Shown: positions 44,301-57,483, counted from the stretch's first letter. The stretch: 64,000 bases of DNA from Octopus vulgaris (GCA_951406725.2 OX597832.1:1488001-1552000); one strand, 5' to 3'. The notes: generated from the letters alone by a model not told the origin. Numbers and translations are program-made.

Positions 44301-45349
44301 GTTTTTTTCGCTGTTTAAAAAATAGTTCATTTCCATGTTTTTGTTTTTATGTTTTCTCTTCTCATTGTGTTCAACATTTTTTGATGTCCTGTACCCATAC
44401 ATGCATGTATATATACATATAGATGTAGGTATGTACATATATGTCTGTATATATGCATATATTTATATATTATTTTTATTATTATATGATCGAAAGCCAC
44501 GCATCCTTTTCCAAGTAAGTTTATATATATATATGTAGATATTTATGTACATATATATGTGTGTGTATGTATATGTGTATATACTTTTATATATGTACGC
44601 ATGCATTTGCGTACATATTCTTTTGCATAATTGTATGCGTATCTCTATGTGTGTGTATTTGTATGGATGTTTGTATTTATGTAGATATACATGCAATTTT
44701 ATGTGTGCGTTGTTATATGTATTCGTTTCGCAAGCTGAACGAAGTAACTTTCGTTAGATACTTTTCGAACGCTATCAATTCACACTCTCGATCCCTATCA
44801 ATTTTTCCTTCTCTAATTTTCTGTTTCTCTTTCTTTTATTTCTTATCCTCCTTTTCCACTGTTTTATTTCTCCCACCTCCCTACTTATCATTATTATCTG
44901 ATGTTTTCCTTTTCTTTCTTTCGTCTGTATAAGCATACACCAGGAGATTTTGTGCGCGCGCCTACATATGCATTTGTATATATTTGTCTTGTCTATATAT
45001 GTCTGTATATGTACCTGCGTCTGTATGTTTAGTGTATATATCTATATTACAGATTGTATGGTATGTGTATATACTGCTAAATGTATATGTAATCTAGCGT
45101 GAAACTTTTTTTAAACGGATATATCTTTTAATTTATTAATTTATTCATATTTTATTGCTAATTATTTACCTTGGGTATTCAGCCGTTTCCTTCTTCATAA
45201 GCTATTTTTGATTTAAGGTTTTCTTCGATTTTTATAATAATATGATTTTAAACTGCAATTTGTTATTGCATGCAACCGGTTATTGAAAAGACCGTTAGTT
45301 GAAAGGACCAATGAAACAAAACCATTTTCAAATGTGTATCTAACTAATT

Positions 45350-46320
45350 GTATATTTATGCATATAATCCTCCATGCTAGAAAGACCTTACTCTTCAGCG
45401 AGAACACAGAGTGGGTCAAGACGGCAGATACAGAGGGTTCTTTCGATGTGAGCATGGGGTCATATGATGGAGCAGGCATATACAATCTCATTCGGCTATT
45501 CTTGCTTGACACGTTAGGAAAAGCTTTTCCTGTTGTATATTTCTCTATTTTCAGCTAAGAATACCAATGGACCAGCGCAAGATCGGTTAAGGAAGGATAT
45601 TATCCATCTTATGAAAACATTCGATCTTAGCATAAAAATAGATACCAACCTGACGGTTGCCAATTTCCTTGACGTATCACTAGATTTACAAAAGAATATT
45701 GAAAAATCCTGTAGAAAGCCCTACGATAGACTTAGTTATATTAATGTAGGTTCCTGCCACACCCGCCATAGTGTTTAAGAATTTAGTTAAGAGTATTTGT
45801 AGGAGAATTTCTAGCCTCTCCCCCAATATAAACATATTTAATAATGCTGCCCCACAATATAACAATGCCCTTAAAGCTAGTGGATTTAAAGAGGAAATAG
45901 CTTACACACTTACTATTAGGTCAGAAATTTGTTGTTGTTGGCATCCTTTTTTTTCTCGGAGTTGCGCATAAAATAATCTAGTCCGGCTTGAAAACACAGA
46001 CACAAGAAAATTATCTGGTTCACACACTCTTACTCCTCCGAAGTGACCTCTAATATAGGTAAATATTTCTTGCCACTTATAGATAGACATTTTCCAATAC
46101 ATCACAAATATAGAAAACTCTTTAATAGGCATAACCTAAAAATTAGTTTTAGTTCCACCCCAAATTTTAAAAGTATAGTTACACACAATGCAACACAACA
46201 ACACGAAGCTGGCTGTTCCTGCAGGGATAAAGACTTGTGCCCGCTAAATGGAGTCTGTATGACCGAGACCATTATTTATGAAACCACCGTAAATTCTACG
46301 AACGCTTATAATACAGTTGA
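45350..46320 (+). mobile_element. Penelope-like RT to GIY-YIG remnant
   Basis: FDVSMGSYDGA, ANFLDVSLDL, YINVGSCH, KIIWF, IGKYFLPLIDRHFP..KLFNRHNLKISFS, CSCRDKDLCPLNGVCMTETIIY. Confidence 0.9.
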
Positions 46321-46407
46321 GATTCTACTCTATTCTGTTTTCTCCCCCATCCTTCTCTATTCCCTTTTTCTCCCCTTCACCGTTTCCAATCTGTCTCTCT
46401 CTCCTCT

Positions 46408-46445
<38 letters not shown>

Positions 46446-46893
46446 TCACTCGTGATCATCGTCCATCTTTCTTTTCCTGCACTCGTTCTAAGGACTGGAC
46501 GTCTTCTCTCTGTCTCTCTTTTCTCTTTTTTCTTTTCAAAGAAAATATTTCTCCCAGCGTTCACTATTTCCTTTCGTTCTAGTCTAACGAGCCTCTATCG
46601 TTGCTTTCCTTCAGTTTTCTTGTCTCCACTGTCCTGTTTTTGTTCCAAACTTTGACCCTCCATAAATCTCAAATTTTATGAGAGCAACTGCCTTCGAAGA
46701 TTCATATTGTTGTTGAATGCCCAAAAGGAGGAGTAGATAGACAGCCGACAACTGATGAAGGGTCGTTCTCCGTGTTACTTGTCCTGTTTTCCATTTTTCT
46801 CTCGTTGTTCGCGTATTTAACTCGTTTGTTTCGTATTTAATGTTGTTCACACAGTTGGTGACGTCCTGTACCCATGTATGCATATATATATAT

Positions 46894-46948
<55 letters not shown>

Positions 46949-46965
46949 ATTTGCATTATTATAAT

Positions 46966-47039
<74 letters not shown>

Positions 47040-47041
<2 letters not shown>

Positions 47042-47450
47042 GACGGGTTTCTTTCAGTTTCCGTCTACCAAATCCACTCACAAGGTTTTGGTCAGACCAA
47101 GTCTATAGTAGAAGATACTTGCTGAACTCGGAACCATGTGACTGGGAAGCAAGCCTCTCACCACACTGCCACGCCGGTATGTATGTATGTATTTTTGTAT
47201 GTATGTATGTACTTACGTATGTATGTATTATGCATGTGTATGTGTATATATATGTGTGTATGTGTGTGTGTGCGTGTGTGTGTGTATGTATGCATGTATA
47301 TATTCTTTTATTCTTTTACTTGTTTCAGTCATTTAACTGTGGCCATGCTTGAGCACCACCTTTAGTCGAACAAATCCCCCAGGACTTATTCTTTGTAAGC
47401 ATAGTACTTATTCTATCGGTGTCTTTTGCCGAACCGCTAAGTTACGGTTG
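47040..47450 (-). mobile_element. Two SINE family A fragments (5' half 47040-47175; 3' half 47300-47450)
   Basis: Family A motifs; the order implies two separate copies. Confidence 0.8.
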
Positions 47451-48030
47451 CTACGTCAATACCAGAAGTTGACTGTGAAAAACCTTTTTAAAGAAGTGAA
47501 TGATATATCTAAAGCAATATTATTTATTTCTAATAAAAAAATTAAAAATTAAATGAAGACCCTATTATATATCCAAGGTCAAATTGTTCATGTATCTTAA
47601 ATATGGAACCAACTCGTGCAGTCGTTTTCGCGTGAAAAGCGAATACACACACATAGAGGTCTATGTAATATATATCTCACCTTCGAAACACGCTGGAGTT
47701 GAACTAGGGACAGCTGATGAAGGGGATTTCTCCTTGTGGAGTTTGTCTTGTACTCTGTTTTTTCGTTGTTAAAAAAAGGTCCGTTCCATGCTTGTTTTTA
47801 CGTTTTCGTTTCTCGTTGAGTTCTACGTCTATTTGTGGTGTCCTATACTCACGTATATATATTTATATATGCATGTATATATACATGTAGATGTAGGTAC
47901 GTACATATATGTATGTATGCATATATTTTATTTATTATTGATTTATTTTATTTATATATTGATCCGTGATAGAAAATTCAACAAAGAAAGTACTCCATCT
48001 GGTGAGTAACAGATATTATTTATTTAAAGA

Positions 48031-48086
48031 CCTCACTACATGTGTTTCATATGTTGAGAGAACTCAAACATATTCTTCAGGCGCAA
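48031..48086 (-). ncRNA. Type I hammerhead ribozyme, intact core
   Basis: uugCGC CUGAAGA AUAUGUUUGAG UUCU CUCAACAUAU GAAAC ACAU GUA^GUGagg; 10-bp stem II. Confidence 0.8.
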
Positions 48087-48379
48087 ACCACATATGATAA
48101 CGAACTAAAGAATTTGAAAATAGAAAAAAAAAAACGAGAAAAAACTGAGAAGGCAGCATATAGAAAACGCAGACAGTAAACAACGGAAAACGAATAACGG
48201 TAAAGGGAAAAACAGAAACTAAAATGTCAAAAAAGTAAAAGGTAAAAGAGCTATGCTCCTTACACTCCAAATGATAAGATGTTGCAGACGTGCTTTTTTT
48301 ATCGATGAACAAATTAATTACATCATGTAAAGAAAACATTTTCTCCAGGTGAATTAAAAGCTATACATACATACATACA

Positions 48380-48467
<88 letters not shown>

Positions 48468-48563
48468 TTTTCAGGATCCAATAGATGTGAGGTATTTTAA
48501 CAACAAAAGTCGTGGGTAGCATACTTGTGCGCTAACAGTGTGTACGGACACTCAAGTACTTAC

Positions 48564-48664
48564 TGAAGCAAATACGGATTTATCCTTCCAGATACGCATC
48601 CACTCACTAGTATAGACCAAATACAGACCGATACGCCAAGTCACACAATAGTATACTCCGGCAT
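48564..48664 (-). pseudogene. Coding exon 1: MPEYTIV*LGVSVCIWSILVSGCVSGRINPYLL(Q), signal-peptide-like
   Basis: ATG, hydrophobic core, VSG|R cleavage-like site, donor CA|GTAAGT; TGA at codon 8. Confidence 0.6.
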
Positions 48665-49488
48665 GCAGTCCCCGATCCACTGTAAGTTCAAGATCCGAAT
48701 GTGGTGTAGTATAAAGAATGACAGAAATGGGCTGAGGTTCACTACAATTGTTTCAGACGTGATTTTTTTTATCGATGAACAAATGAATTACATCATGTCA
48801 AAAAAAAACCCCAAAAACAAACAAACATTTTCTTCAGGTGAATTATGTGAAATTTAACATTTAGGATTTTCCACCCAAATAGAATATAATGCATATTGAC
48901 TCTCTTATCTTGATGCCAGTTAAAAGAGTAAATAGGGAATACTATTTCAATGCTAAATCTACATGGTAATAAAACTATCAACACCTTCAAGGGATGGAAA
49001 GTGGCGGGGGGGGGGGGGATAGATAGAAAGTGGGGGAACAAATAGGAAAAAAACATCCTATTTATAGGAGGTTAAAGAGATTTTTGGGGAATTGACTCGA
49101 TTAACAGATGAGACCAGATGGCTCATAAATTATCTGCATCTTCTTAAGACATAACGGAAGAAACAATTATAGGTAATAAACACAAAGATAAGATGAAATA
49201 GGATGAAAAAGTAAAAACTTAATATAGGATAACAATATAATGGAATGCCTAAAGAAAATCAATAAAATTAGAAGACAGATACAAACGGGGCATATAATAC
49301 ACACAAACACACACACATACACATGAATATATTTATACATACACACGTACACACACATGCACATATATGCATATATATATATATACATACATATGCATGC
49401 TCATATATACAAACATACATACATATATACATACTTACACACACACACACACACATATATATATTAAAAATGGGGAAAGCCGGTTTAT

Positions 49489-49549
49489 AGGATTACCTTA
49501 GGTTTCCTGTTCATAAAAGGTTTAGCTTTATAGCGTATCGTCAGATCCC
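49489..49549 (-). ncRNA. Type I hammerhead motif, intact core, weak stem II base
   Basis: GGGAU CUGACGA ... GAAAC CUAAG GUA^AUCCU. Confidence 0.7.
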
Positions 49550-50042
49550 AAAAACCTGTTAGCCCATAACCTCTTTAAAATACGCACACACACACACACA
49601 CACATACACACACACACACACACATACACACACACACACACAAACATACACACATATGTATATAAGTACATACATACATATATGTATGGTGATTTTCTGG
49701 CTATTTGGGTTATATTTTTAGCTCTTATTTCTAGCAATTGTAGGTGTTATATATTCTACCTTTTGGGTTTTTAATTGCTTTAACCACCTATATTATAACG
49801 TATTTAATATATCATAACATTAATTTATCGTTATGATATCTTATTGTATGTGTATATACGCTCAAAACACTTTGAATTTTGGCGCTCACTGTTCGACGGT
49901 TATTTTCGATCATGAGCAAATGGGAAGCAAGCTACCTCTTTAACTTGGAGTAATTTGTGGATCCCACTGAAAAGAAACGAAATCTTATTGGTTAAATTTT
50001 GAAATCATATAACAGGGTCTTATCAAATTATTTCATTCAGTG

Positions 50043-51075
50043 AGTTATATTGTTGTCCTTAAGACGCCAAACTAATTTACTTAGTTTGGCGTCTTAAGGA
50101 CAACAATATAACTTTCAAGCTGGATTGGTCCATATTGTCTGTATCCTTTCCTTTTGATAAGGACAGGAAATTTTGCGGAATTTGTAATTCCGAGCTCTTC
50201 TATATCATTTCGCCAAGTTCCCCTTGGTTAACACATTAATAGAAAAATCCTATAAGTGTAAGCACTGGCAAAAACACACTTTCCATTCATATAAATGATA
50301 AATAATATAGATAGCTTCTCTGTTTTAGTAATTAATTTCACGTCTCTTTTATGTCTACTCCGTTACATAAAACAATAATACTAAATGTCACTGGCGTATG
50401 TTTATCTCTTCCTCTCTCCCTCTCCCTCTCTCTCTCCCTCTCTATCTCTGTCATACGCTCAATCAAACACACAGACACAAATTTCTCACCTTACTGCTAT
50501 ATTTATTTGACAATTGTCCCCAACACACACATACACAGACATAAATGCAGTTATATACACACACTCATACACACACATAAGCAATCAAACTCATTAACCA
50601 GAGCAAACACCCCCGCATCCACATACATACAGCATGCATACAGGCCCCTTCTTATTTTCATAACTTCCTCTTTCCAACCAATTTTGACGTCATTGCTTAT
50701 AACGGATTTTTAAAAAACACTCATTATCACTATGAACACCATGTAGGAGGCCATAAAAAGTTTTTGTCCGTCTTGAGGCTGATAGAGGTTCCTTGTCTTT
50801 CCTGATGAGAAGATGGCATAATGCACCCTTTATTCCTTCGGAATTAAGAATATGCAGTCTTCGAAACATGTGTTGAAAGTAAAGTAATTTTGTTAAAATC
50901 TTCGTTCGACTCCATTCTTTCATTTATTCATTTAAAAAAATACACAAATTACCACACAAGAACACGGGGTTTCAACCCTCGGCATGTAGCTACAACCGTG
51001 TTTTCTGACGTGAATTTGCTACCCAGGTATCGATTAACCGAATTATCAATACGAGGATAATTCATTCACTTACTT
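50043..51075 (+). mobile_element. 5'-truncated Penelope-like element: fold-back, endonuclease C-terminus, 3' UTR with hammerhead
   Basis: Perfect 33-bp hairpin 50043-50113; LVWRLKDNNITFKLDWSILSVSFPFDKDRKFCGICNSELFYII from 50081; terminal segment repeated at 63823-64000 and inverted at 51092-51181. Confidence 0.85.
50797..50879 (+). ncRNA. Type I hammerhead ribozyme, intact core
   Basis: CUUUC CUGAUGA GAAGAUGGCAUA...UAUGCAGUCUUC GAAAC AUGU GUU^GAAAG; predicted cut after 50874. Confidence 0.85.
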
Positions 51076-51280
51076 ATATATATATATATATTTAAGTAGA
51101 TAAATGAATTATCTTATTGCGGATAATTCGAAAGATAACTGATACCTGGGTAGAAAACTCACAACAGAAAGAACACGGTTGAAGTTACGACCATATGTCG
51201 AAAATAAAATAAGGAAATTTTGTTAAATCTTCATTCAGCTCCATTCTTTCCTATACTTATTTTATATATATATATATATA

Positions 51281-52150
51281 TTATTGCCTTTCACAGCTTC
51301 TAACGCTGAAGATGTATTACAGTGACATCTGTTAACTATCAGTGTACTAAGGTAACACCTCTTAGTTTTCGAGCACCTTCCGGAGTATACGAGCGGTTCC
51401 AAGCAGTGCTGTTTTCTGAAAGTGCACCACCCTTTTTGCAGCCCCTATTTGTGCGACGTACTTCTCGAGATTTTTGCTCACTGTTCCCAGGGCTCCAACA
51501 ATTATTGCTACTACTGTTACCTGTTTCATCGACCACGACTGCTTAACCTCCCAAGCTAACCTGTCATACCTCTCGACTTTTCTTTCTTCCTTATCGCATA
51601 CCTTGTTGTTAGCTGGGCACGCTGTTTCTATGATCCAGCATAGTTAGTTTTCTTTCTCAATTAAGACTATGTCCGGCTTCCTATTCTCTATCTCGTGGTC
51701 GCACTGAATCATAAAATCCCATAGGACTTTTGCATTTCTATTTTCGATGATGCCTTCAGGTCTGTGATCGTACCAATTTTTTGCTCTGTCAAGTTCATAC
51801 TTGTTGCAAAGTGTCCAATGGACAAGCCTGGCGATATTGTCGTGGCGTCTCTTATATTCCTTCTGGGCTAGTGGCGTACATTGGTTGGTAATATGCTATA
51901 CGGTTTCACCGTTTTGTTCACAGATTCAGCACTTATCACTTTCTGCTGTGTTGTCTATTCTGTATTTTATGTAGTTTGTCCTCAGTGCTTGCTCTTGGGC
52001 AGCACAGATTAGAGCCTCCGTTTCCGGTTTTAAATCACTTTTAGTCATCCACGGCCATCTTTTTTCTCTGTCTGTCTTAGCTTCAACATCCATATGAAAT
52101 TGACCATGCATTCTTTTCTTTACCCACCTATTTTCAGTTTCATTCGTTTT
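51281..52150 (-). mobile_element. Fourth R4/Dong-type LINE 3' fragment
   Basis: LKPETEALICAAQEQALRTN, YKRRHDNIA, VLWDF, RKPDIVL, IVGALG, LGTARILRKVL; 3' UTR ending AATAA. Confidence 0.9.
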
Positions 52151-52289
52151 CAAAAAACATAAATCATGACAACATCCTTATAGGTACATATACTCACACT
52201 TAAATAAAAATGCATGTTTGTATACAAATATATAAATGTATAGCTATATACATACGTAAATGTACGTATATACGTATATATGTATGTAG

Positions 52290-52321
<32 letters not shown>

Positions 52322-52384
52322 GTAAAAACGGTAAGATAACAAAAGAATGAAAGAGACCTCAATATTATGTATATAGAGGAATTT

Positions 52385-52608
52385 ATCTGTAAAATAATAT
52401 GTGACAATTATTCAGTAGCCACGATAAAACTCTGAGTTTCGGATGCCGAGGTGGAAATCCACACCACCATCTCTTCGGTTATCTGGCCAGATAATTCAAA
52501 TTCCACCCAGATAACCGAAGAGATAGTGGTGTGGATTTCCACCTCGTCATCCGAAACTCAGAGTTTCATCTTGGCTACTGAATAACTGTCACATATCATT
52601 TTAAAGAT
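52385..52608. repeat. ~100-bp inverted repeat; each arm carries a hammerhead-like motif (core CCGAAGA)
   Basis: Arms 52385-52486 / 52507-52608; CCAGAUAA CCGAAGA GAU..AUCC GAAACUCAGAGUU UYAUCKUGG; the copy at 31478-31530 has canonical CUGAAGA. Confidence 0.85.
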
Positions 52609-52664
52609 ATATATATATATATATATATACACACATTATTATACACACACACATACAACTTACG

Positions 52665-52891
52665 TGCAGTGTAGCTGTGTGATAAGAAGCTTGCTTCCTA
52701 ACTACATGTTTCTGGGTTCAGTCCCACTTCCCGGGCCAATCAAAGCCTTGTGAGTGGATTTGATAGTAGAAGACTAAAATAAAAGCCCATCGTATATATG
52801 CATATATATTGAGAATAACAAGGTAGTCAGAATGTTATTCTCAATATACAATATCTGTACATTACTTCAAAAACTCTCTATATATGTATAC

Positions 52892-52928
<37 letters not shown>

Positions 52929-53100
52929 CACGCGCGTGTGTGTGTGTGTGTATACGTGCGTGCGTGTGTGTGCATGTTTTCTCCGCATTTGTGTTTGCCC
53001 TCCCACCAACTTTTGTTGGTTTGTTGTCGTCCCCGTAACGTACCAAGGTGATGCTTCAGCATGGGCATTGTCCAAAGGCAGAAAAAGTGAAGTGTATATG
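52665..53100 (+). mobile_element. Degenerate SINE family A split by an expanded microsatellite
   Basis: 5' half 52665-52800, 3' half 52960-53100. Confidence 0.7.
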
Positions 53101-53169
53101 TGTGTCTGTGTGTGTAGAACAGAGGTCTCAAACTCGAGGACACAAAAGAGCTATTACGTCCTGGAAGGT

Positions 53170-53355
53170 AATAATTTTGGTGAGGGTGGGGACAGTTGAT
53201 TTCATTGATTCCAGTCCACAACTGATACTTATCGACCCCAAAAGGATGAAAAGCAAAGTCGAGATTGGGTGGAATTTGAACTCAGAACGTAAAGACAGAA
53301 GTAGTGCCGCTAAGCATTTCGCCAGATGTGCTAAGGATTCAACCAGTTCGCCACC
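53170..53355 (-). mobile_element. SINE family C
   Basis: Head GGTGGCGAACTGG..TGCTTAGCGGC..GAGTTCAAATTCC, then GACTTTGCTTTTCATCCTTTTGGGGTCGATAA. Confidence 0.75.
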
Positions 53356-53532
53356 TTATTTTCAACAGTTATAAAGCAATCTGAAATACTGGTTCTACCA
53401 CGGGCCATAGTAAAGTATTTTGTGGACCGCATGTTTGAGACCCTTGATGCAGATAGATAGATAGGTAAATAGATAGATAGATAGACATGAACCAAACAAA
53501 CACACACACGTCTCTTACTCTCTCTTTCCCTC

Positions 53533-53578
<46 letters not shown>

Positions 53579-53613
53579 TTCTCCGAATTTTATAGTATTA
53601 AGTATCCATCACG

Positions 53614-53701
53614 GCTGGTCTTACCAATCAGTTTCGCGCAAAAAATACAATGGAGCGTTCAGCAAGAAACAAATTGTATAAATACGCTCATCAGAGGTAG
53701 C
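53614..53701 (-). ncRNA. Type I hammerhead motif, intact core, weak stem I
   Basis: cu CUGAUGA GCGUA..AUACAAU...AUUGUAU..UGCGC GAAAC UGAUUG GUA^AG. Confidence 0.7.
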
Positions 53702-53885
53702 TGACATAGAAGGGAATATCTGGCGCTGTTTTTTGACGTTGTTGAAAAGCTGGTTACTTTGTACCCAGAGCAGTAGCCTTTGACCTCCACAGGCAATAAA
53801 AACTGGAGACAAATTTTTTTTCAGAAACAAGGTACACACACACACACGCACACATACACACAAGTTTGTATGTGTGTACGCATGT

Positions 53886-53927
<42 letters not shown>

Positions 53928-54029
53928 GTATCTATCTATGTATATAGTCTATGTATATAATTAAAGGATAAAATCATTAAAAATCTTATCAGTGGCCAGT
54001 ATATAAAATAGACCTATTTAGGTGAATTC

Positions 54030-54340
54030 ATATATAGCGATTTATAATAGTATAAACTACAATTATAATTAAGGACACAGAGGCTTCTGTGCCTATATAC
54101 CGAAGATAGACGCTAAATCGGTCTAACCATTCCAATTTATCACTTTCTAATTTGCACATGCTGAAAGCGAGGAAGTAGAATTATTGAATTTCTGTTAGTC
54201 TACTTCCTCGATTTCAACATGTGTAAATTATGAAGTGATGATTTGGTGTGGATTTAGCGTCTATCTTCAGCATATAGGCACAGAGGCGACTGTACCCTTA
54301 ATTATAATTGTATTTTATACTATTATAAATCTCTATATAT
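54030..54340. repeat. ~145-bp imperfect inverted repeat
   Basis: Arms 54030-54179 / 54199-54340 (e.g. GAAGATAGACGCTAAATC / GATTTAGCGTCTATCTTC). Confidence 0.9.
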
Positions 54341-54347
54341 CTATGTG

Positions 54348-54447
<100 letters not shown>

Positions 54448-54761
54448 TGTATGTCTGTATGTATGTATATGTATTTATATTTGTGTAATATTGTCCTTTT
54501 TTCTGTCCTTGTTTTTGTATACATTCGCTGATTTCTTCCAAGGGATCTAATGCTTAGCTTAGTTTTTCCTTAGGGTTGGCTAGATTGGAGCAATCTCAAG
54601 AATAATCTGAGATAATTGCGAGGATAATCTGGTGTTTGACTGAAGAAAGAAAACTTCGAATGAGCCGTCCTTGTTTTCTCTGTATCGTCTATCTGGATGT
54701 TTTGTTGTCCCTTTTTGTATCAGCTAACAGTCCGGATGTTTTGCGTTCTTGTCACATTTTG

Positions 54762-54816
<55 letters not shown>

Positions 54817-55039
54817 ATACAGATATTGTTTGCTCACTGTCACCAAGCATCTCACTTCATTCGTTGCAACTAGTTTATGAACGAGATATTTTATTTTGCA
54901 AGGTACTATTTTTTCCCTTGAGTTTATGATTTCAGAGAAAGGCAAGAAATTCTTCATATTTTGCATCTTTGGCATTTTGACTTTACAGTTTGAATTGACT
55001 TTACACTTTGTGTTCATCATGTGAATGATTATTTTCAAA

Positions 55040-57007
55040 TTAAAGATGTTTTAGGAATCTACAATATAGATGGTACAACTGGTAAATCTCTTTGTCAAAT
55101 TATTCTTGATATATTCCTACGTCTTCAATTACCAATTCAAAAATCTTCGATGCCAGACACATGATGGTGCGGTTAATATGGCCAGTAAACATCTTGGTTG
55201 TTAAAGAAGATTCAGCCTCTGGCCCATTACGTGCGCTGCGGCGCTCATGTTTCTCAACTTATTATAGCTAAATCCATTCAATTAGCTTCATTTATTAAAA
55301 ATGCTCTCGATTACGCGAATGAATTGTGGAAACTATGTAGTACATCGGGGAAATTTAAGCACATGTGTTTATCATTACATGATGAAGACAATGAAGTAAC
55401 GTCACCGCGCTCCTTAAAACCTCTGTGCCCTACTCGATGGCTGACACGACTTTCTGTAGTCAAAGCCCTTCTTGAAAATTATTCAGATGTCCTGAGGCAA
55501 CAAATGAGTTTGGCACCAACATTGCATTCAGAGCTAATGGTATTCTTACTTATCTCTTTACAGGCCAATGTGTTCTTGGATTGCATGTTTTAGTTTCATT
55601 ACTTCAACTCCTTGAAGGATTGAACAACTTTTTTCAAAGTACCACCGTCAATCAAGGTGGCATGTTACATAGTGTCAAACTGGTGCAGAGGAGATTTAAA
55701 AAATCTACGCAATGAAGAAAAATTTTAGAAGCTGTTCAATACAGCAGAAAAAATGATATTTCTCCTTTGGAGCTACCCAGGAAACGAAAAGTTCCTAAAA
55801 GAAATTAGGAAGGAAATGCGTTAAAATATCAACACCGCACTGCTTTGGGCAGTATTTGCAGATAGTGAAAACTGCAATAGCAAATTTGAAAGATTTAACA
55901 GGTTATGAAAAACTAAGCAATATTTTACTCAACTGAAATTTTTGTGCTGAAGTGATCATGCTGTATCCAGAGCTTGGTGAATTTTCTTTAAGGAATGAAA
56001 TACTTTTGTATAGAAATCATCATAGAGGTTCATCGTAAACTATTCAGTGAAATGCAACCAGATGTCCGTCGCATGTTTCCAAATGTTGAGCTACTGCTCA
56101 GGCTACTTTTAATGTTTCCAATCAGTTCTTGGGAAGTTGAAAGATATTTTAGCGCTCAGGGGAGACCCAAAACTTGGTTGCGATTGACCATGACTCAGCA
56201 AAGGTTGATTCATATTCTAATTTGCCACGTTCATAAAGATGTTTTGAAAAAGATTAGTCGTGAAGAAGTTGCTAAACTATTTATTGACAGTAATGATGCG
56301 AGATATAATGCATTTGGAAAGTTCTAAAAGATAATAGATTTAATTCAATTTTTTAAAATTCAAACATCTGTTTTATTTTTTGTCTGCTTGATATAATAAA
56401 AATTCTTTTTAAGTTTATTTTGTTTATATCTGAACTTCATTGTTTATATCTGAACAACATAGGCGTAAGAGTGGCTGTGTGGTAAGTAGCTTGCTTACGA
56501 ACCACATGGTTCCGGGTTCAGTCCCACTGCATGGCATCTTGGACAAGTGTCTTCTACTATAGCCTCGAGCCGACCAAAGCTTTGTGAGTGGATTTGGTGG
56601 ACGGAAACTGAAAGAAGCCCGTCGTCGTCGTATATATGTATATATATATGTATGTGTGTGTATGTGTTTGTGTGTCTGTGTTTGTCCCCTCCCCCCAACA
56701 TCGCTTGACAACCGATGTTGGTGTGTTTACGTCCCCGTAACTTAGCGGTTCGGCAAAAGAGACCGATAGAATAAGTACTAGGCTTATATAGAATAAGTTC
56801 TGGGGTCAATTTGCTCAACTAAAGGCGGCGCTCCAGCATGGCCACAGTCAAAATGACTGAAACAAGTAAAAGTAAAAGTAAAAGTAAAAGTAAAAGTAAA
56901 AGTAAAAGTAAAAGTAAAAGTAAAAGTAAAAGTAAAAGTATGCTCCTTTCAGAATCAGCAATTGTTAATTTGTCCCTCTCACATTTTTAAGGCAAACGTG
57001 GCCCCTG
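55040..57007 (+). mobile_element. hAT transposon (ZMYM1-like transposase), 3' part
   Basis: NLRCQTHDGAVNM, YVRCGAH, LKPLCPTRW, PISSWEVERYFS..KTWLRLTMTQQRL; candidate right TIR ..CGTGGCCCCTG. Confidence 0.88.
56461..56940 (+). mobile_element. Full-length SINE family A with (AAAAGT)n tail
   Basis: Complete head, internal microsatellite and homogeneous hexamer tail 56865-56940. Confidence 0.92.
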
Positions 57008-57159
57008 GCTATACATTATATGTTTTGTATGCGTAGGCGCACACACGTTCTTACATGTACTTGTGATTGTTTGTGCATTTATACATGAGCCTTTTCACAG
57101 GTGAACATGCAGGCAAACACACGCACAAAAGCAGACAGAAACACGTATACAAACATTTC

Positions 57160-57191
<32 letters not shown>

Positions 57192-57422
57192 TGTATGTAT
57201 GTATGTATGTATGTATGTATGTATGCATGCATATATATATATGATTATATCGGTTTCGGTGAAGCAATATGGGATACTGAATTTGCTTAATACCTCGTTG
57301 TCTGACGACGTTGCCCTCATGATCGAGATCTAATCACAAAACATTAAAGAAATATGTGATAAAACTTTAGCTATTCTCGTTTCACTTTTGGCATTAGCAA
57401 AATTATTTTTCGTATAATACAC

Positions 57423-57483
<61 letters not shown>

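Noticed and set aside
48564-48679. Open frame DRGLHAGVYYCVTWR.. as an Ig-domain exon
   Set aside because: The motif is short with no other Ig strands nearby; the alternative frame gives a signal peptide whose phase fits exon 2.
54630-54670. TTGA-CTGAAGA...CTTCGAATG (also 58963-58995) as a hammerhead
   Set aside because: Both copies have GAAU rather than GAAA and no consistent stems; recorded only as a dispersed repeat pair.
56865-56940. (AAAAGT)n as a telomere-like or CRISPR-like array
   Set aside because: It is a spacerless SINE tail expansion. No repeat-spacer array exists in the window.
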